A stretch of DNA of 64,000 nt from an uncultured archaeon (GTDB lineage: Archaea; Aenigmatarchaeota; Aenigmatarchaeia; QMZP01; JACQNV01), in the NCBI GenBank assembly GCA_964410585.1, contig CAYPFW010000001.1, forward strand, positions 447,814-511,813, in the 5' to 3' direction. A model generated the notes under the pieces. It made no database searches, was not told the origin of the DNA, and saw only the letters and a list, made by a program, of their open reading frames with translations. Of this stretch, positions 61,684-64,000 are shown one piece after another (the stretch's first letter is position 1; every line of letters starts with the position of its first letter). The position numbers and the translations under genes were made by a program.

Positions 61684-61743
61684 TTGTATCCTAGTTTTCT
61701 TTGGGGTACCTTACCACTTTCTTTTTCTAAAAGAAAGGGGTAG
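61684..61743 (-). repeat. Short-form S repeat (reverse) abutting the ATPase start codon
   Basis: TTGTATCCTAGTTTTCTTTGGGGTACCTTACCA plus CTTTCTTTTTCTAAAAGAAAGGGGTAG, then ATG at 61744. Confidence 0.8.
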
Positions 61744-63999
61744 ATGCCAGCGTGTACTTGTAAAAAAGAATTTGATCAGGAAAGGGGTGTCTTAAAATTC
61801 AATTGTTTAGGAACCCTTTGCGGAGCTTCGATAGAGGATTATTCTTCTTGTACAGCAGAAGCAATAGATGGCTTGCTTGAAAACAAAACCGCAGAATATA
61901 TTGTTTTTGCAAAAGAAAGGGAATATGAATATGGGCCAGAGCAGGTCAAGGTCTTGAAAGAAATAGCTCATGTTATAGAATCAATTATCAGGGAAAAACT
62001 AATTTCTAATTTAGGTCCCCCACAAGGCAGGCGCTTCTTTCCTGAATGGAGTTCAAGGCTGCAGTATATTGTTTTAGATTTGATTAGGACAGATCCTATA
62101 GGTGCATATGTCGAATTGATCAGAGAAATAAGGCGCGCAAAAATAAGGCAAGACAAATCCCTTCCAGCATTCAAGCCCTCATACAAATATTATATCGACA
62201 ACATACTGGAAGTTTTGAAAGAAAAATTAGAAAAAACAGAATTGATAAAAATCGCAGAACCAAACCTTGATGGCTACCATGTTGGCGACCGCTCTTTGTA
62301 TAGGCAAATTTTCTCACCTTCAATCAGACCAAATTTCATGCTCACAAGATTCATGGTCATCCCTCCAGAAGGTGGAAAGGTCATAGCAAGATACGAAGTT
62401 GGTGACACCCAAGTTGAAATTTTCAAAATCCCAGGCGAAACATCCTACATGTATTATGCAATTCCACCAGAATTCCGTCTTCCAGAAGAGCAATACAGAG
62501 TGCTGGATGCGGCTAGGAGATACATGGCAACACACAAACCAGCCTCTGCTGAATTTGTGAAATCAACAGAAGTGAGGAAGATTTTCTACAATATAGGAAA
62601 AGACGTCATCTCAAATATAGTCGCAAGTACAAAAACAAACTTGAAGATTGAGGATATAGAAAAACTCGCAAATATTTTAACAAGATATACAGCTGGTTTT
62701 GGTGTGCTCGAGGTTCTTTTAGCAGATGAAAAAATCCAGGATATTTACATCAACTCACCAATTGAAAGACTGCCTATACTCATCGCTCATTCTGATTTTG
62801 AAGAATGCAAGACAAACCTAATTCCAACATCAGATGATGCAGAGAGCTGGGCTACACGATTAAGGATCCAATCTGGCAGACCTTTAGACGAAGCAAACCC
62901 TGTATTAGACACAGGTATAGAAGTCCCTGGAGGAAGGGCGAGGTTTGCAGTGATTACAAGGACCCTATCTCCTGAAGGTTTAGGATTTGCAATAAGAAGA
63001 CACAGAGATTCTTCTTGGACATTCCCTCTTTACATGCAAGAAAAAATAAAAATGATGAATCCACTTGCAGCCGGTTTGCTATCCTTTTTAGCAGACAACT
63101 CTGCGAGCATTTTGATAGCAGGCGGTAGAGGCTCTGGAAAAACATCTGTCTTAGGTGCAATGATGTTGGAGCTTCTTCCAAAAACAAGAGTTGTAACAAT
63201 TGAAGATACTCTTGAGCTTCCTGTTTTCCAAATGAGGAATTTAGGCTTCAACATTCAGGCAATGAAATCTCGATCAGTTATAACAAGAGTTGAAACAGAA
63301 ATGGCAGCAGACGAGGCTTTGAGGACGGCTTTGAGGTTAGGTGATTCTGCAATGATTGTAGGAGAAATCCGTTCTTTGGAAGCTAAGGTCTTGTGGGAAG
63401 CAATGAGAATCGGTGCTTTGTCTAATGTTGTGGCAGGTACAATCCACGGTGAGTCTGCATATGGTGTTTATGATAGGGTTGTCAATGATTTGGGTGTGCC
63501 TTCAACGAGTTTTAAGGCCACAGACATTGTTGTAATTTGCAGAAGGTTGAGATCAGCAGATGGCTTGCATACATTCAGAAGGATAGTTGGGATCACAGAG
63601 GTTAGGAAAAATTGGGACACAAATCCTTTGAAAGAAGGCGGATTTATCGACTTGATGTCTTATTCTGGAAAGAAAGATAATTTAGAAGGCTCAGACACTT
63701 TTGTCAATGGCGAGTCTGAAATTTTGAACAGGATTTCCAATTTTGTCAAAGAATATTCAGGCAACTGGGAAGCAATGTGGGACAACATAAAACTTCGAGC
63801 AGATATGAAAAAAACGACAGTTGAAATTGCAGAGAAACTGAAAAAACCAAAACTGCTAGAGGCAGAAGCAATTGTCAGGTCAAATGTCCAATTCCACTCT
63901 ATCTCCGACAAAATAAGGCAAGAAACAGGCGCAGCAGACTCAAAAAGGGTTTTCAAAGAATGGTCTAATTGGTTTAAAGTAGAAGCACAGGGGAAATAA
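61744..63999 (+). CDS. FlaI/PilB/GspE-family type IV filament or secretion ATPase with long N-terminal extension
   Basis: Walker A LIAGGRGSGKTS, Asp box, Walker B-like MIVGEIRS and a His box region. The N-terminus is Cys-rich (CTCKKEF...NCLGTLC). 751 aa. Confidence 0.85.
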   Translation: MPACTCKKEFDQERGVLKFNCLGTLCGASIEDYSSCTAEAIDGLLENKTAEYIVFAKEREYEYGPEQVKVLKEIAHVIESIIREKLISNLGPPQGRRFFPEWSSRLQYIVLDLIRTDPIGAYVELIREIRRAKIRQDKSLPAFKPSYKYYIDNILEVLKEKLEKTELIKIAEPNLDGYHVGDRSLYRQIFSPSIRPNFMLTRFMVIPPEGGKVIARYEVGDTQVEIFKIPGETSYMYYAIPPEFRLPEEQYRVLDAARRYMATHKPASAEFVKSTEVRKIFYNIGKDVISNIVASTKTNLKIEDIEKLANILTRYTAGFGVLEVLLADEKIQDIYINSPIERLPILIAHSDFEECKTNLIPTSDDAESWATRLRIQSGRPLDEANPVLDTGIEVPGGRARFAVITRTLSPEGLGFAIRRHRDSSWTFPLYMQEKIKMMNPLAAGLLSFLADNSASILIAGGRGSGKTSVLGAMMLELLPKTRVVTIEDTLELPVFQMRNLGFNIQAMKSRSVITRVETEMAADEALRTALRLGDSAMIVGEIRSLEAKVLWEAMRIGALSNVVAGTIHGESAYGVYDRVVNDLGVPSTSFKATDIVVICRRLRSADGLHTFRRIVGITEVRKNWDTNPLKEGGFIDLMSYSGKKDNLEGSDTFVNGESEILNRISNFVKEYSGNWEAMWDNIKLRADMKKTTVEIAEKLKKPKLLEAEAIVRSNVQFHSISDKIRQETGAADSKRVFKEWSNWFKVEAQGK

Positions 64000-64000
64000 G

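Noticed and set aside
1905-61743. Reading the AAAGAAACTAATATACAA box of S/X repeats as the BRE/TATA promoter of the downstream gene.
   Set aside because: In several copies the box ends only 0-10 nt before the ATG (11826, 55513), too close for a TATA box serving that start. Other copies face away from any gene (50808, 35954). Promoter function is left as an open question rather than annotated.
1-64000. Diversity-generating retroelement, retron, or known multi-gene defence systems (restriction-modification, CBASS, Argonaute).
   Set aside because: I recognised no reverse transcriptase, template/variable repeat pair, restriction or modification methylase pair, cyclase or pAgo motifs in any long ORF. 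The three methyltransferases look like small-molecule or RNA class I enzymes without nuclease partners.

Overview
Low-GC archaeal chromosome segment. The gene content and a fused PriS-PriL primase suggest a small-genome, DPANN-type archaeon, but that is inference only. I support about 85 CDS and found no rRNA, tRNA or CRISPR array. The backbone is information processing: primase, GINS-like, L44e-S27e, aIF2-alpha, SRP54, Elp3 with a Trm9-like methyltransferase, YlqF-type GTPase, Pus10, L21e-Rpo4-DUF655, ABCE1, DEAD-box helicase, Orc1/Cdc6, diphthine synthase and a FlaI/PilB-type ATPase. Accessory content includes at least six toxin-antitoxin-like modules, a translationally coupled radical-SAM/DapA-like/amino-acid-dehydrogenase operon, an operon with two orphan receiver domains and two large unknown proteins, and a membrane/secreted-protein locus at 52.5-59.6 kb. 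Two things stand out. (1) At 41.07-43.99 kb there is an array of six small same-strand ORF cassettes. Each is bracketed by its own inverted repeats, and they are separated by direct copies of one conserved linker carrying a recombinase-core-like imperfect palindrome. The array sits next to a tyrosine recombinase with an IntI-like C-terminus. The logic resembles integrons or dif modules, but the architecture fits neither. (2) Intergenic space is densely colonised by modular, nested palindromic repeat families, with about 30 copies in 64 kb. They invade conserved ribosomal operons, abut start and stop codons, and occur once in frame inside a CDS. All functional calls come from motif recognition by eye; no searches were run.
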